Virus record (IMG/VR): IMGVR_UViG_3300030339_000003
Coordinates: 167,367-231,366 of that record
Direction: 5' to 3' (one strand)
Length of the DNA: 64,000 nt
The translations under genes were made by a program, and so were the position numbers. This document shows positions 20,301 to 29,546 of this stretch, piece by piece (the first letter of the stretch is position 1; every line of letters starts with the position of its first letter). The notes under the pieces were generated by a model. The model was given only the letters and a program-made list of their open reading frames with translations. It did not search any database and was not told the origin of the DNA.

Positions 20301-22039
20301 AGCTATCTGGAAGTGGGGCACCAGGTACTCGTTTAGATCTAGCTTCTCAACAAAGCTTCTACATTAACCCTCCGACGACCAACTATGCACCGCTAGGCGG
20401 CAACACTGATCTTAACCAAGTGGATCTGTCTGGTGTTAAACCTTCTGCTGCGGGTAACGATACAGGTGTTACTGTACCGCGTGCTGCTGCCGAACAGTTA
20501 ATCATTAAGGAAATGATTGCTGAAGGATTTACGGATCCTCGGGCTATTGCAGAAATGTTGGCGTTAACTAACTACGAATCACAAGGTTATACCCAAACCA
20601 CTGAGAACATGCGTTACCGTGACCCTGCTCGTTTAATGTCTTTGTTTAAGAACGTAACGAACATGGGTACTGCACAACAGTTAGTACAAGCCGGCCCTCA
20701 GGCAATTGCTAACTTTGTTTATGGTGGCGCCAAAGGTGCTTCATTAGGGAACGTCAATCCTAATGATGGTTGGGATTTCCGTGGTCGTGGTTTGGTGCAA
20801 TTAACGGGTCGTGCTAACTATCGTAAATACGGACAAATGATCGGTGTTGATCTGGAGAAAAACCCAGGCTTAGCATCTAGTGATCCTAAGGTAATGGCTA
20901 AGTTGGCTGTGGCGTTCTTTAAAGCCAACAAACAGCTTCAGTCCATTACTAATAACAATAACTTCGGTTATAGTGCATTGGGATTAAATGGCGGTAATGC
21001 GTTACCAGGAATGGAAAAACGTTTTGCTCTGTACAAAGATTATTTGTCACGTCTCTCTAGCGGTCAATTAAAACCAGACGGTAAAGCGACTGATACGACG
21101 GCAACACCTAATGCTCCGGCAACTCCAACGCCTCCGGCTGCTTCATCTCCAGCAGGTAACCCGGCAAGTGTTGGTCCTGTTGGTGGTGCTAACGTCCCTC
21201 TTACACCAGTTAGTGGAAGTGGGTTAGATGGCGGTGCTCGTAATGGAGGCGGTGTTAACGATGCGTTCCAAAAGGTTATCGACACGACCAGTGTTGCTTC
21301 TGGTTCAGGTTCTGTTGATTTCAAAGATCTGAAAGTTAAGTCTGCGGAAACAACAGCGGGCGGTCCTTCACATCCAGGTATCATTCGTTTAGCGAAAGAA
21401 GTTCAGCAACGTGTATCCGACTTCAATCGCTTTACTGCGTTAAATGATGCTTACCATCATCGTGCTAACCCAAGGTCTAAACATGCTCAAGGTCTGGCTT
21501 TTGACTTTACTACAAATGGTGGTGTCGGTACTTCTGATGCAGCTATTGGCGTATTGAACAAAATCCTTTCTGATGCAGGTATGACTCCGGGCGACTTCAA
21601 AATTATTAATGAATACAAAACTCCGTCAGGTCATGCGACGGGTGGTCATGTTCACTTTAACTTTGAAAGTACTACGGCTGCTGACAAGTATATGCGTACT
21701 GCAGGTAATAATACTGCGGTCACTGCACGTACAGCAACTGAAGAAGCGATGAATGAAGCGCCTCCGGTATCACCAACTACTGGTGTTCCAACGGGCGTTC
21801 CTACTGCGCCAGTGCGCCAGACCAACCCTGATCTTCCTCAGCAATCAAATGAGGGTCCGGATTACTTGCAACAAGCCAAAGATCAGAAAATGGCTGAACG
21901 TGTTGCTGCAATGTCTCCGGAAGAAATGGCTAAGGTGATGGCTGACGCTAACGCTAACAATGATAAATTGTTAAAAGCAATTTTGGAACAATTGAAACAA
22001 AATGGGCAAAAACCTACGCCTGTAGTTCATCCTGTTTAA
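14327..22039 (+). CDS. Tail tape measure / virion-associated lysin (phiKZ gp181-like) with GH19 and M15-type peptidase domains
   Basis: 2570 aa, divergent from vRNAP beta'; GH19 motifs NYES..TTENMRY, DGWDFRGRGLVQLTGRANY; LAS motifs SKHAQGLAFD and GHVH. Confidence 0.88.
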   Translation: MSDNWNDDPFNGDIDFDSDFDSDKKGSKLKSFAIGFLGGAKDALVGSTDAKIKTVKMALPASFHGTFEFINDTRRLVSQVTDEFKKNTAGSMQDIQQIMEGRKGRINDSTGGVISSQLDKFSQYDFSTWNTGGTTTSESTGQQDTTDEEVNELIGVTKQTSLLTLGGLKQLGGDLTNAIVSAGAAQSSALTGINVGLVKSNAYLKNLVDYQIKVQAKNDAMKINLLARMHLTNAKFYKFVEASNHMMMKEFRDIAKFSKMPDFQKMSMTDEVKKRIRGTFFDTVRGGMGGIGGLVNDRVGKYARDNGYNALSNITSSLAMAKDMTGGMSSQDLMQMFGGMVGGGAIDMLPRMMNGPMAAKLKQRFSKANPAMARRMGKNWGKLTTRGNQLSYGLQNMEGMFNTLSQNYQGGHFFDEDEGTYEDYVAALPPDQTPMSKRKWSMSKWGKSAANKGLGAILDQTYGSGKTKYELKKRTLSDNPEQHIWTRQSDRTLNEIIPALITQTNLSLEMMRTGNNNLKPMRYDWTKGQFINPNQAKALVTRDIYGENALGSAVYSAKSAAGTIDKENQLSKSAKDTLALQLAKNSHAKLDFSPYHLLNLEKDGIDPKIAKEIREMTLKNFGITTDNLNQFTNGTDRDRAKLLAFMPGKGAALANEALPMVKDIRRGLSDSSAMIDQYRNSGHYDTLREAGIITTDKNGREEIDEQKMWDMFKLQQNDPNFNKKLTQQYAKKGRKPGATVNRPGVLGGDAGEAPDFGELTETVSQLNTNIKGLGAGGLGGSANSDTGAYFNKLSGQMDTLIGIQTSHTEIFQKLLEKQPTIIRSKRAKAEEEQGKKTLMDRIKSISPRNIFNKGVETLLNNEPLILGGLIGGLGAYALHDPKTAALLGAGALAMGAYSKVRSLNAARFAEQEDLYENPGDEEPLLRGERLKRGDYFDSATRKVLKTWSDVTGAIIDRTGNIVASVKQLGGKLFGKDGRAVMLKGLNKLKALGLKVFNAFDPIGRTKKAFNKLATRFNQMDVYKAGEKTPILIGKKFDTGFYYKHDADGKPVMLKGWNEIDGPVYTKDGECIVTQDDFDRGLRTSIGVSINRLGSMSKTAGIFGMDLLGKLKDKTIAGGKKAYDKGKEFVKADYTPIVSSVDRIYYLLCSKFGIEPATLTNEEKLQVVNAAGSGKKLFEHPKDPAERLNSLEDEKRQKAAKKEEKVKDSIINIADSLGGMNKGEKKKEKKTGFLGLLMGGLGMIKGLAEKIFGKTIINGFTTLFKFAGMGLSVLPKIGGGIMSIAKFFTGGKEEANPLEELLGGLGGGDDEEEEGNGRRRNRRDRNRGGEEGDEDTRTGRRRNRRRNRRRNGRGGRGGNGPTPGNPPPAPDEINDRANPNRRNRNRRRRRGPGPGPTPPPSPPPSRGRRLLNRFKKVPKKIGIGGLLTSGALMAGGALAGNLMDSETLETAGNVAGLYSLASTVAGAAGIDIGIGALASGAMTGLGMAGSGLAAAGTAIAGIISAPVLIGAAVIGGLGLAGYGLYKWYTKGKYRQVDIRFAQYGIKDVDSDLGKKIFAIESMLTKHVIVNNGGASFTTDTPIQEIFKALSVDSEGKQSAEIGNVFSWFNGRFKPVFLTYMSCLDTLKIKSLEEYDKLTDKRAYDIAYQATQAIVGMPSQPYTITPNIDSKIELMGKDETTAEVGQYLEELKKYTLKDKEGAKVRDVMVQTESMSKLASEKSMLEEKLKHKSFWGGGGTTSYLESQDAENRIKEIDKETKALSDAYGPGKVAGNVDVKDLIPETGILEAFTAVRMNAYGTSLTSGAEYGAAVNAGWKFEALARLERRCESLIQVIGKDVRFVGKTGELFQEFKAAFRVKDSKANDWCLWFRDRFLPVLMTYMRQYNAYGHGRPGANWKALTATAKYQIALAIVDSRSQTDKKQFIPVWNVAVSPFEGGYSIPKTGEVDKLMNSMEELSNQAKLRNPVLEASKTSSLQGVNANTAHAVGGGVTDKLSGSGAPGTRLDLASQQSFYINPPTTNYAPLGGNTDLNQVDLSGVKPSAAGNDTGVTVPRAAAEQLIIKEMIAEGFTDPRAIAEMLALTNYESQGYTQTTENMRYRDPARLMSLFKNVTNMGTAQQLVQAGPQAIANFVYGGAKGASLGNVNPNDGWDFRGRGLVQLTGRANYRKYGQMIGVDLEKNPGLASSDPKVMAKLAVAFFKANKQLQSITNNNNFGYSALGLNGGNALPGMEKRFALYKDYLSRLSSGQLKPDGKATDTTATPNAPATPTPPAASSPAGNPASVGPVGGANVPLTPVSGSGLDGGARNGGGVNDAFQKVIDTTSVASGSGSVDFKDLKVKSAETTAGGPSHPGIIRLAKEVQQRVSDFNRFTALNDAYHHRANPRSKHAQGLAFDFTTNGGVGTSDAAIGVLNKILSDAGMTPGDFKIINEYKTPSGHATGGHVHFNFESTTAADKYMRTAGNNTAVTARTATEEAMNEAPPVSPTTGVPTGVPTAPVRQTNPDLPQQSNEGPDYLQQAKDQKMAERVAAMSPEEMAKVMADANANNDKLLKAILEQLKQNGQKPTPVVHPV

Positions 22040-22084
22040 TAATACGTAAGAGTCAAGGACGACTCTTTTATTAAGGAATTTATT

Positions 22085-24316
22085 ATGGTTACCACTGTAC
22101 GTGATAAAGACATTATCACGAAATCATTTCGCATGTTAGCGTCTGAAGGGAATACCGTAGCACTTTTAGATAATTACAATTGGAGTAATTACTTTAACGT
22201 GTTCAGTTCCGCTACTGGCGATAATCGTTTTGTTAACCCAGTCACTCAATTTTCGCCCGCTACAGATCCACGTTACGATCGTTTTATGAAAAGTTCTGAA
22301 GGCGGCATGGGACCAATGTATAAAACGTTGTATGACAACAATGCTACTTTGTTAACCATTATACCAGGCCAACCAGAATTTGCAGGGTTATTAAGTTTTA
22401 TTACCAATATGTTCGACCCCGTCTCGGCTATTATGGCTAACAAAGGGCGTCGTCCGTATCTGACTTTCTATATAGGACAAGCGGCTTCCAGTATCGCGTT
22501 CTGGCCTATGCAGTTGTTCAGTGTGTCTTTACAGTTCTTGCAGTTTTTGATGGACTCACCTAAGAACAAGTTCTATACCGTTAAAGCTAACATGCCTGAT
22601 TACATTATGATGGCATCCGGCGTATTAAACGATATCATGACTCGCTTAGGTTATATCGATCCAGTATTGCCTAATAATCAACAACAGCAAACAGATCCTT
22701 TATACGGTATCAACCCGTCAAGTACGTCATCCAGTAAAGTTGCTTTGCTAAACAAAATGTACAGCGACGTTATTTATGAAGATGGCACTATCGACTTATT
22801 CCGCTTAGTGGCTCGTGGTGCTCGTAAACACCGTTTCCAATTAAAAGCATTATCCGATTATGATAATAATTTGGCTAATGGCAGTACGATGTCGGTTAAA
22901 CAAAAGTATACGTTAATCCGATCTTTAATGGAACAAACCACAATGGAGTTGGGGACTTCTACCGCGGTTACCCAGGGTTCTCCTACTGCTCCACAAATTG
23001 AGAAATACGTTAAAACAGTTGGTGCATACCGTACAGGCGAGGGCTTATACCCAGAAGGTCAATCAGCTTATCTTAATGAAAAGATATATGCTGACCCCAA
23101 TGTAACAGCTACGGGAGCAACAGGTTTAGGGAATGACGAAACGGGTACTAACGCAATTCAATCCGTTCAGAACCAGTTAATGCAATCCCCTCCTGCTGCT
23201 AACAACCCTCAGGCTATTCAAGCAGCTTCCACACAAGGAACGTTTAGCAGTGCCACTGCAGCTCAAACGAATCCTAATGAAGGTGGTAAGGCGGATATCC
23301 CAGACGCTAATGCATTGTTGACCGATTACAAAACTCCACCGAGTACAGCTTACGCCGATAACACGATTGACAGTAGCTGGGCAGGTGGCGTTTATGATTA
23401 TCTGAAGACAGCATTAAACGGCGGCTTGGATGCATTGACTTTCCGTGTAGAAGGTGGGAGTTCTCCGGTTTCTGATACGTTCAGTAACTCAGCAGGACCG
23501 TCACCTATTGCTGATAAGTTTAACTCCATTGTACGTCAAGCTCACGATTTCAACTTTGATATTGCGGGCGGTGCAACAGGGTTCGGTATTATCGATGCTG
23601 TAGTTGACCGTGTTAAAGACTTAGGTTCCGGTTTATTAGCAGGTTCGGTACTGGGGAACATTCCTTTAGCGCTGGCTAATAACTCGTACATTAAAGTTCC
23701 CGACCACTGGCAATCGGCTTCTGTTAACTTGCACCGTGAATCATACGAAATCGCAAGTTATTGTAACTACGCACATCCGTATGAACAAGTCATGAAAATC
23801 TGGGTTATCTTTTCATTACTTCTGCCTCTGGTGGCGCCAGTCAGTTCTGGTGGTAGTTCATATACGTCACCTCCACTAGTTAAAGTGTTCTGCCAATCCC
23901 GTCAGTTGATTCGTGTCGGTATGGTTGAATCCATGAACTTTGTGTTTGGTGAAGGTGAATGTGGTTGGACTCGTGACCGTAAACCATTGAACTTTAAAGC
24001 CCAATTAAACTTTGTGGACTTGGAGCCTTTGGTGTCCGTTCCGATTAACCGTGCATTGACTGTGTTGGATGTGACTAACCCGGCCGCAGTAGTTAAACGA
24101 TTAAGCGATGATTCGGCGTATAACGACTACCTGGGACGTTTAACTGGTATGTCTTACTTGGATACTGTTTTACGTTATAGTCGCTTAAACCGCATGCTGA
24201 CCACTGCAGGATTGGACTTTAAGTCTAGCTTCCGTGCTGACGCTGTAGGTGCTATGTTAAGTGACAACTTAGTGGGTGATGTTCTGCGTATGTTTGCTAA
24301 ACCAATTGCTCGTTAA
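22085..24316 (+). CDS. Tail/baseplate structural protein, phiKZ gp182-like
   Basis: 743 aa immediately after tape measure; VPDHWQSAS, YTSPPLVKVFCQSR, GMVESM hub-like C-terminus. Confidence 0.75.
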   Translation: MVTTVRDKDIITKSFRMLASEGNTVALLDNYNWSNYFNVFSSATGDNRFVNPVTQFSPATDPRYDRFMKSSEGGMGPMYKTLYDNNATLLTIIPGQPEFAGLLSFITNMFDPVSAIMANKGRRPYLTFYIGQAASSIAFWPMQLFSVSLQFLQFLMDSPKNKFYTVKANMPDYIMMASGVLNDIMTRLGYIDPVLPNNQQQQTDPLYGINPSSTSSSKVALLNKMYSDVIYEDGTIDLFRLVARGARKHRFQLKALSDYDNNLANGSTMSVKQKYTLIRSLMEQTTMELGTSTAVTQGSPTAPQIEKYVKTVGAYRTGEGLYPEGQSAYLNEKIYADPNVTATGATGLGNDETGTNAIQSVQNQLMQSPPAANNPQAIQAASTQGTFSSATAAQTNPNEGGKADIPDANALLTDYKTPPSTAYADNTIDSSWAGGVYDYLKTALNGGLDALTFRVEGGSSPVSDTFSNSAGPSPIADKFNSIVRQAHDFNFDIAGGATGFGIIDAVVDRVKDLGSGLLAGSVLGNIPLALANNSYIKVPDHWQSASVNLHRESYEIASYCNYAHPYEQVMKIWVIFSLLLPLVAPVSSGGSSYTSPPLVKVFCQSRQLIRVGMVESMNFVFGEGECGWTRDRKPLNFKAQLNFVDLEPLVSVPINRALTVLDVTNPAAVVKRLSDDSAYNDYLGRLTGMSYLDTVLRYSRLNRMLTTAGLDFKSSFRADAVGAMLSDNLVGDVLRMFAKPIAR

Positions 24317-24342
24317 TTTTTTACTATGAAAGAATGATATAC

Positions 24343-24368
24343 GCTGCTACTCCTTCGGGAGTAGTGGC
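24343..24368. terminator. Intrinsic terminator (TTCG loop)
   Basis: gctgctactcc-ttcg-ggagtagtggc. Confidence 0.7.
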
Positions 24369-24420
24369 TATATTTAATTATGCTGGAAGAAGATATTATG
24401 TATTCAAATGAATACACTAA

Positions 24421-25824
24421 GTGAATCAAATGATTTGCTTTATCTTATTTAAATTAATGAGGTTTAAAATGTCAAACACAAATGCTGTTGAACCAACCAC
24501 TATCCCGCTGTATGAAAAAGATGAACTGACTGTTGTTGGCTATCCGACTCATAACTCTAAAAATGTAAAAATCTATTGGGCTGGTGGGTTACTTGCAAGT
24601 GCTCCAGATTTGGTAGGTGCTGTAAGTAACGCTTATATTGGCATTCGTTTAATGTCACCTAAACACAACGCGTGGTTAAAAACCGTTGAGTTAAGAAATA
24701 AGATCTTAAAACACTTGATGGACATGGATTGGTTAATTGCTGATTCATTGAGTCGAAATAAAGACGGCATTGCAAAGAACCTGGGCTTGGGCATTACGTG
24801 GCATTTAGGTGAAGACGCAAAAGATCAAAAATCTGATCCTCTTTATGGCTATATCCATGAAAAGCACCAGCTTGATAATGTTGAGCGTATTAAATCAAAA
24901 GATATTTTAAATTACGAACATGATCTCTTAACGGTAAGCATTGATTTTAAAGATATGTGCTTCCCGCATGATAGTTTTACTTCTGTTCGTGGTTTAGCGA
25001 TTGATGAATCTTTTGATGACCAAATTACTTTGTTGTTACAATCAGTAGCAGGTAATACCGTTATTCGTCATCGTAATGCTTGGCGTGGTGACACTAAGTT
25101 AACCCGTCATCAACTCTACGCCATCGATGGTTCATATCCGTCTTGTGGTTATTACACCACAAGAGAAGACTTTATTAATGTTTTGGCATCAATCCCGGAA
25201 TGCTGGAAAAAGGCAAATGTTATTGCTGAAACCGAAGAACAAAAAACTTTACTGACTGTCCACGATGCTTCACCAGAAGACATCGAGCGTTGTAAAACTG
25301 AGTTCCTTAAACAGAATTCAGATAATGGCGAAGTGATTGTTGGCCGGCTTGAAAATACTACCATGCAATTTAATCCTGATATAAAAGGAATGGTCGTCAA
25401 TAACGGTAACGGAAGTACTGTTCATATCGACGTAAGTAATGGTGAGATAACAGCTTCTTGTGGTCATGAAGGATCTTTAACTATTTCTCCTGGTGTGACT
25501 ACAATCAAAACTGATCGTTTGTTTATTTCATCTGATTTCATTCGTAATATCCCGCCATACGTTCATAGTGCTTTTGAAATTATGGCAAAACAATTGTGTG
25601 CAGTGCGTCCATCTTTAAATATTGTACAATATTTAGAAAATACACTTTTGTGGGATTACCAAACAGTCCCATTTAATGAATACGTTATGTCTTCTCAATT
25701 CTTTACGGTAACTAATGATCCAATTGATAAACAGTTTTTAGAGACTGTTGCTTCCGAATACCGGAAACATGGAAAAGGATGTAAGTTACTTGCAGAAACA
25801 ATGAAAGATATGTACAAAAAATAA
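24421..25824 (+). CDS. Hypothetical protein (likely start ATG 24469)
   Basis: Long ORF; GAGG RBS before MSNTN; bounded by two terminators. Confidence 0.75.
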   Translation: MNQMICFILFKLMRFKMSNTNAVEPTTIPLYEKDELTVVGYPTHNSKNVKIYWAGGLLASAPDLVGAVSNAYIGIRLMSPKHNAWLKTVELRNKILKHLMDMDWLIADSLSRNKDGIAKNLGLGITWHLGEDAKDQKSDPLYGYIHEKHQLDNVERIKSKDILNYEHDLLTVSIDFKDMCFPHDSFTSVRGLAIDESFDDQITLLLQSVAGNTVIRHRNAWRGDTKLTRHQLYAIDGSYPSCGYYTTREDFINVLASIPECWKKANVIAETEEQKTLLTVHDASPEDIERCKTEFLKQNSDNGEVIVGRLENTTMQFNPDIKGMVVNNGNGSTVHIDVSNGEITASCGHEGSLTISPGVTTIKTDRLFISSDFIRNIPPYVHSAFEIMAKQLCAVRPSLNIVQYLENTLLWDYQTVPFNEYVMSSQFFTVTNDPIDKQFLETVASEYRKHGKGCKLLAETMKDMYKK

Positions 25825-25835
25825 ATAACTAATAC

Positions 25836-25867
25836 TAGCTACTACTCCCTTGCGGGAGTAGTAGCTA
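25836..25867. terminator. Bidirectional terminator
   Basis: tagctactactccc-ttgc-gggagtagtagcta between convergent genes. Confidence 0.8.
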
Positions 25868-25878
25868 TATGTTTGCTT

Positions 25879-27009
25879 TTATTCTGATTGGTCTAACATA
25901 GGAACATTTGGAAAGTTTTGCTGGAAAGCACTAATAGCATTCATAGATGCAAACATGCCGGAAGTACAAATCAAAGGAATCAATTCAGGATACGTTTCAT
26001 TACACAACATAACCTTTTTAATATCCGTACTGATTGACCCTAGCATCCCCATATCGTAAGTTTGCCCAAAAGCATTATTACGCAGATACCAGGTCGTCCC
26101 TACTACTTTACCACACACATCCATCAGCTGTTGTTTAATGGCAGGATATTGATCAATAGTGGTATTGGGGTCTAAAGTAAAGTTACCAAAGATTTGACTG
26201 ATCAATTGTGGATACTTGGCATTTAATACCGCGTATTGATAAGGATCAATTAATTCCAATACTTTAGCAATACTGACCAGGTCACCATTACGCAACATAT
26301 AACTTACAGCATTGATTAAAGCAGTCTTTGCATCTTCTTTATCAGTGTATGCATTAACTATTTGTGCATAAGAGTCAGACATCCCATAATCGGCTGCTGT
26401 GTACAACATGGAGTTGTTATAAGCAGTAGCTATCGTGTTATCAAACAAAGAAGTGGAAATGCCTGTGGTGCGTTGTAGCGCGTTTAAGAAGCCATTACCA
26501 AATTGATCACGCCAGTTCTTTGTAATACGGAACGAACCATTATCAGACGTAACCATATTACCAAAATAACCACCCGTCAAATCACCAAATTCTTGGTTCA
26601 TGGTGTTGGTAATTTGATTCATTAACGCAGCGTTACTGGATAAGTCAAAACCAATCTTCGCGCCTAGAGCAGCAGTAATGCCCGCTTTATCAAGGGAAAC
26701 ACCATTTGCCCCAATTTTGATATAGCGTGATAAATCTTTGGTGTCTATCAACCCGCCCGTTAATGAATTAACAATGGAGTTAAGTTTTTCAACAACTGAG
26801 CTTTTATAAGCTGTAATGGTTCCAGTAACTTGGGACTCAGTTGATTTAAATAAAGCAACACCATCTTTCAATTTGTTTTTAACAGGGTCAATGGCTTTAA
26901 CAGCATCACCAGAGTACTTCTTTAACCCTTGTGTAACATTTTTACTAAAGTCGCTAATGTTGTTAGCGGGGTTTAAATTGTCAAATACGGAAGTACTGTC
27001 AAATGCCAT
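25879..27009 (-). CDS. Probable virion structural protein
   Basis: ORF with GGAG RBS before ATG 27009; phiKZ-like core region. Confidence 0.55.
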   Translation of the reverse strand: MAFDSTSVFDNLNPANNISDFSKNVTQGLKKYSGDAVKAIDPVKNKLKDGVALFKSTESQVTGTITAYKSSVVEKLNSIVNSLTGGLIDTKDLSRYIKIGANGVSLDKAGITAALGAKIGFDLSSNAALMNQITNTMNQEFGDLTGGYFGNMVTSDNGSFRITKNWRDQFGNGFLNALQRTTGISTSLFDNTIATAYNNSMLYTAADYGMSDSYAQIVNAYTDKEDAKTALINAVSYMLRNGDLVSIAKVLELIDPYQYAVLNAKYPQLISQIFGNFTLDPNTTIDQYPAIKQQLMDVCGKVVGTTWYLRNNAFGQTYDMGMLGSISTDIKKVMLCNETYPELIPLICTSGMFASMNAISAFQQNFPNVPMLDQSE

Positions 27010-27082
27010 AAAAATCTCCAAAAAATAAAAGACACCTATAAACTTGCCTAAGGTTTCCCTTAGACAAGTCATAGTTTAAATT

Positions 27083-27514
27083 TTAGTCATCTGAATTGTC
27101 AACAGGGATGTCATCTACAGTGCTATTCTTAGCATGTTTAATCATTCCCGATTCAGTTACCACGTAAACTTCGCCTTTTGCATTCTTTACTTCCAACGTT
27201 ATTTTGTACTCAGCCATTTGCATAACTGATAACCCTTCAAATAGCTTCGCTGCCGATAATCTAGGTTTGTGGAAGAACGCATCTCTGATATTGCCGGTTT
27301 TAGTCAATCTGTCAGTTCTCGCTTTGTCTGGATCCTTACTGGTTACTACCCAGTCTAAATAGTCGTTTAAGAACTTAGTCCACTTATAGGGGTTCATATT
27401 CATTTTGTTTAATAAACCCCTAAATAGTTTAGCCGGTGGATCTATAAGTTCCTCATCTGGAATATATCTTTTAGATATAGTTTCCATTTGGTGCTTATTA
27501 GATTTTGTTCCCAC
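27083..27514 (-). CDS. Conserved jumbo-phage hypothetical protein
   Basis: LFRGLL, W...L..Y, TGNI...KPRLS..KLFEGL pattern recalled from phiKZ-like core. Confidence 0.6.
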   Translation of the reverse strand: MGTKSNKHQMETISKRYIPDEELIDPPAKLFRGLLNKMNMNPYKWTKFLNDYLDWVVTSKDPDKARTDRLTKTGNIRDAFFHKPRLSAAKLFEGLSVMQMAEYKITLEVKNAKGEVYVVTESGMIKHAKNSTVDDIPVDNSDD

Positions 27515-28175
27515 CTAAACCCCGTATAGTCAATTCGTACAAAGTAATCAGCACAGTCAATGCTTCATTTATTAGTGTAACAAAATCTTTACGCCCAACA
27601 AATGATTCTGCACCTGGGTACTGTTTCTTTGTGCGTTCAAATAGACCTTCAACTTTAACGTAATCTGAATGTGTGCAATTCATATCAGCTAATGGCTCCG
27701 AAGGGATGTAATCGTTCTCATCAATAACTGGATGCTTGAGTGTATAATTGTAAACACTTAGCAATGAGGGTAAAAATAGTTCGAACACTTCGTTAATACT
27801 TTCTTCGTTGTCATACCAGTCCCCAAAAAACTTCATTTGTGAATCACCGAAAAAGGTCGGGATATTGTTGTACTTAGCATCGTAATGTATTTGACCTAGG
27901 TGTAAACCATCATACACGAGGTCGTTAAAATCAGTGGACGTTTTACAGTAAGTCGTAAGTTTAACCCCGGTAATAACATCAAATTTTTTTAAACTAAAAG
28001 ACTTATAATCGTTTATAAGGAAATTGTATAGGGAACTAGAAACATATACCAATCCTTTTTTAGGCGAAAACAATTGATCTTTTAAATCAATTAGGTAATC
28101 ATGCTGTTCATTTAATACTTTTAAAGACTTACCAGAAGTATTAAAGAAACGTTTAAACAACAGTGAAAGAAGCAT
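27498..28175 (-). CDS. Hypothetical protein
   Basis: 225-aa ORF with GGAG RBS. Confidence 0.7.
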   Translation of the reverse strand: MLLSLLFKRFFNTSGKSLKVLNEQHDYLIDLKDQLFSPKKGLVYVSSSLYNFLINDYKSFSLKKFDVITGVKLTTYCKTSTDFNDLVYDGLHLGQIHYDAKYNNIPTFFGDSQMKFFGDWYDNEESINEVFELFLPSLLSVYNYTLKHPVIDENDYIPSEPLADMNCTHSDYVKVEGLFERTKKQYPGAESFVGRKDFVTLINEALTVLITLYELTIRGLGGNKI

Positions 28176-28240
28176 TGCTTATCTCCAAAAAAGAATTAGG
28201 TTATCCGTATACATCCAGATAATATAGGTTTGAAAAGATT

Positions 28241-28774
28241 ATGGCTAATGAAAATACAACAGATAGTTTCACACCTGTAGAGCGTTTGGATCCATTAGAT
28301 GATCTTAATGCAGCAGGTAAAGAAGTCGATACAATGTTACTGGAAATTATTGGTAACTTGAATCGTAATGAAGATGACGTCGAACAAGACCATTTAACCA
28401 CGTCTTTGCAAAAGCATCGTGCGTTGTTGTTAAAGTTTGCAACATTGGCTTATATGAAAAAGCCGACCAGTGCAATGTTGTTAAGTTCTTTAATCTCCTT
28501 AGTGGGTTCTTTAGAAAAGTCAGTACGTGATGACCGTAAAGAACGTTCCAAGAAAGAAGAAGGTGAATCTAATCAAATTAGCTTTAACCAGATTATTGAA
28601 TCTTTAAATGCGATATCGCAAGGTGCTGTGGTTACACCAACGTTTAACTTGACAAGCTTTATTCTCGACCCTACTAAGTCATTGGTAGACATTGAAAACG
28701 AGTTTAAACCAATACGTGCTGAAGAACTACAACAAGGTAATGCCTTAGTTGATATCGACGGAAATCTCATCTAA
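28241..28774 (+). CDS. Hypothetical helical protein
   Basis: 177-aa ORF, terminator hairpin at ~28787-28814. Confidence 0.75.
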   Translation: MANENTTDSFTPVERLDPLDDLNAAGKEVDTMLLEIIGNLNRNEDDVEQDHLTTSLQKHRALLLKFATLAYMKKPTSAMLLSSLISLVGSLEKSVRDDRKERSKKEEGESNQISFNQIIESLNAISQGAVVTPTFNLTSFILDPTKSLVDIENEFKPIRAEELQQGNALVDIDGNLI

Positions 28775-28814
28775 CAAACATATAATAGGTAAAGGGCTTG
28801 CGCCCTTTACCTAG

Positions 28815-29546
28815 TTAGTTGGTATGGTCATAAGACCAATGCGGAATTGGTTCAAATGAGAAAATAGCTGCTAACGTCAAGCCCATAGCACGCAATACAT
28901 CGGCCGGTTTACCTGTAATGTTCTCAACAGGTTTTAACAGTACGTCAGGTACGAAAAACACCGTTTCAGTAATAGGTTCTGTTTTGATGTTGTCCATAAA
29001 TGCTTTATTATCATTTAAGAACAGATCGTACTTATAAACGTAGTTAAACGAACGATAAAAAGAAGGTGTAGCCAAATGAGCGTCTTTATGTATTAACTTT
29101 ATTTCGTGACGACCTTTAAAGCGAGCACGTAACGAACGAACCAGTTCTTGGCTTTGTTCATTAGTTAATACATAAGGGAACGTGTTGACGATAATTGAAA
29201 ACGACTTAATGTTTGTCAATTGATCGTACGACGCTTCAGTTTCCATAACAGTCTTCAGTAGCACATTGCCTAAATTAGACGGCATGTAATATAAGAAGTC
29301 ATTAATAGAACGATTGTCGTAAGCTTCTTTAAAGTTCTCGGGGGTAACGTTCAGCCCAGGAAAATTAAATATTTCATAACGACGACCCTCGTACATTTTC
29401 TTGGCAAACTTAGCCCACTTATTATCCGCATCTTCCAGACGTTGTTGAGTTGGTAAAGATTGGTCTGCAATGATTTTAAAGATCAACCCTTTGCGGTAAT
29501 CAAACCAACTGTCTAATTCCGTATAGACACTTATTTCTTTATTCAT
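28815..29546 (-). CDS. Conserved jumbo-phage hypothetical protein
   Basis: VYTELDSWFDYR, IIVNTFPYVL; core position before vRNAP beta-C. Confidence 0.65.
   Translation of the reverse strand: MNKEISVYTELDSWFDYRKGLIFKIIADQSLPTQQRLEDADNKWAKFAKKMYEGRRYEIFNFPGLNVTPENFKEAYDNRSINDFLYYMPSNLGNVLLKTVMETEASYDQLTNIKSFSIIVNTFPYVLTNEQSQELVRSLRARFKGRHEIKLIHKDAHLATPSFYRSFNYVYKYDLFLNDNKAFMDNIKTEPITETVFFVPDVLLKPVENITGKPADVLRAMGLTLAAIFSFEPIPHWSYDHTN

Noticed and set aside
25120-25145. AIDGS motif suggesting a NurA-type nuclease
   Set aside because: Single short motif without further support
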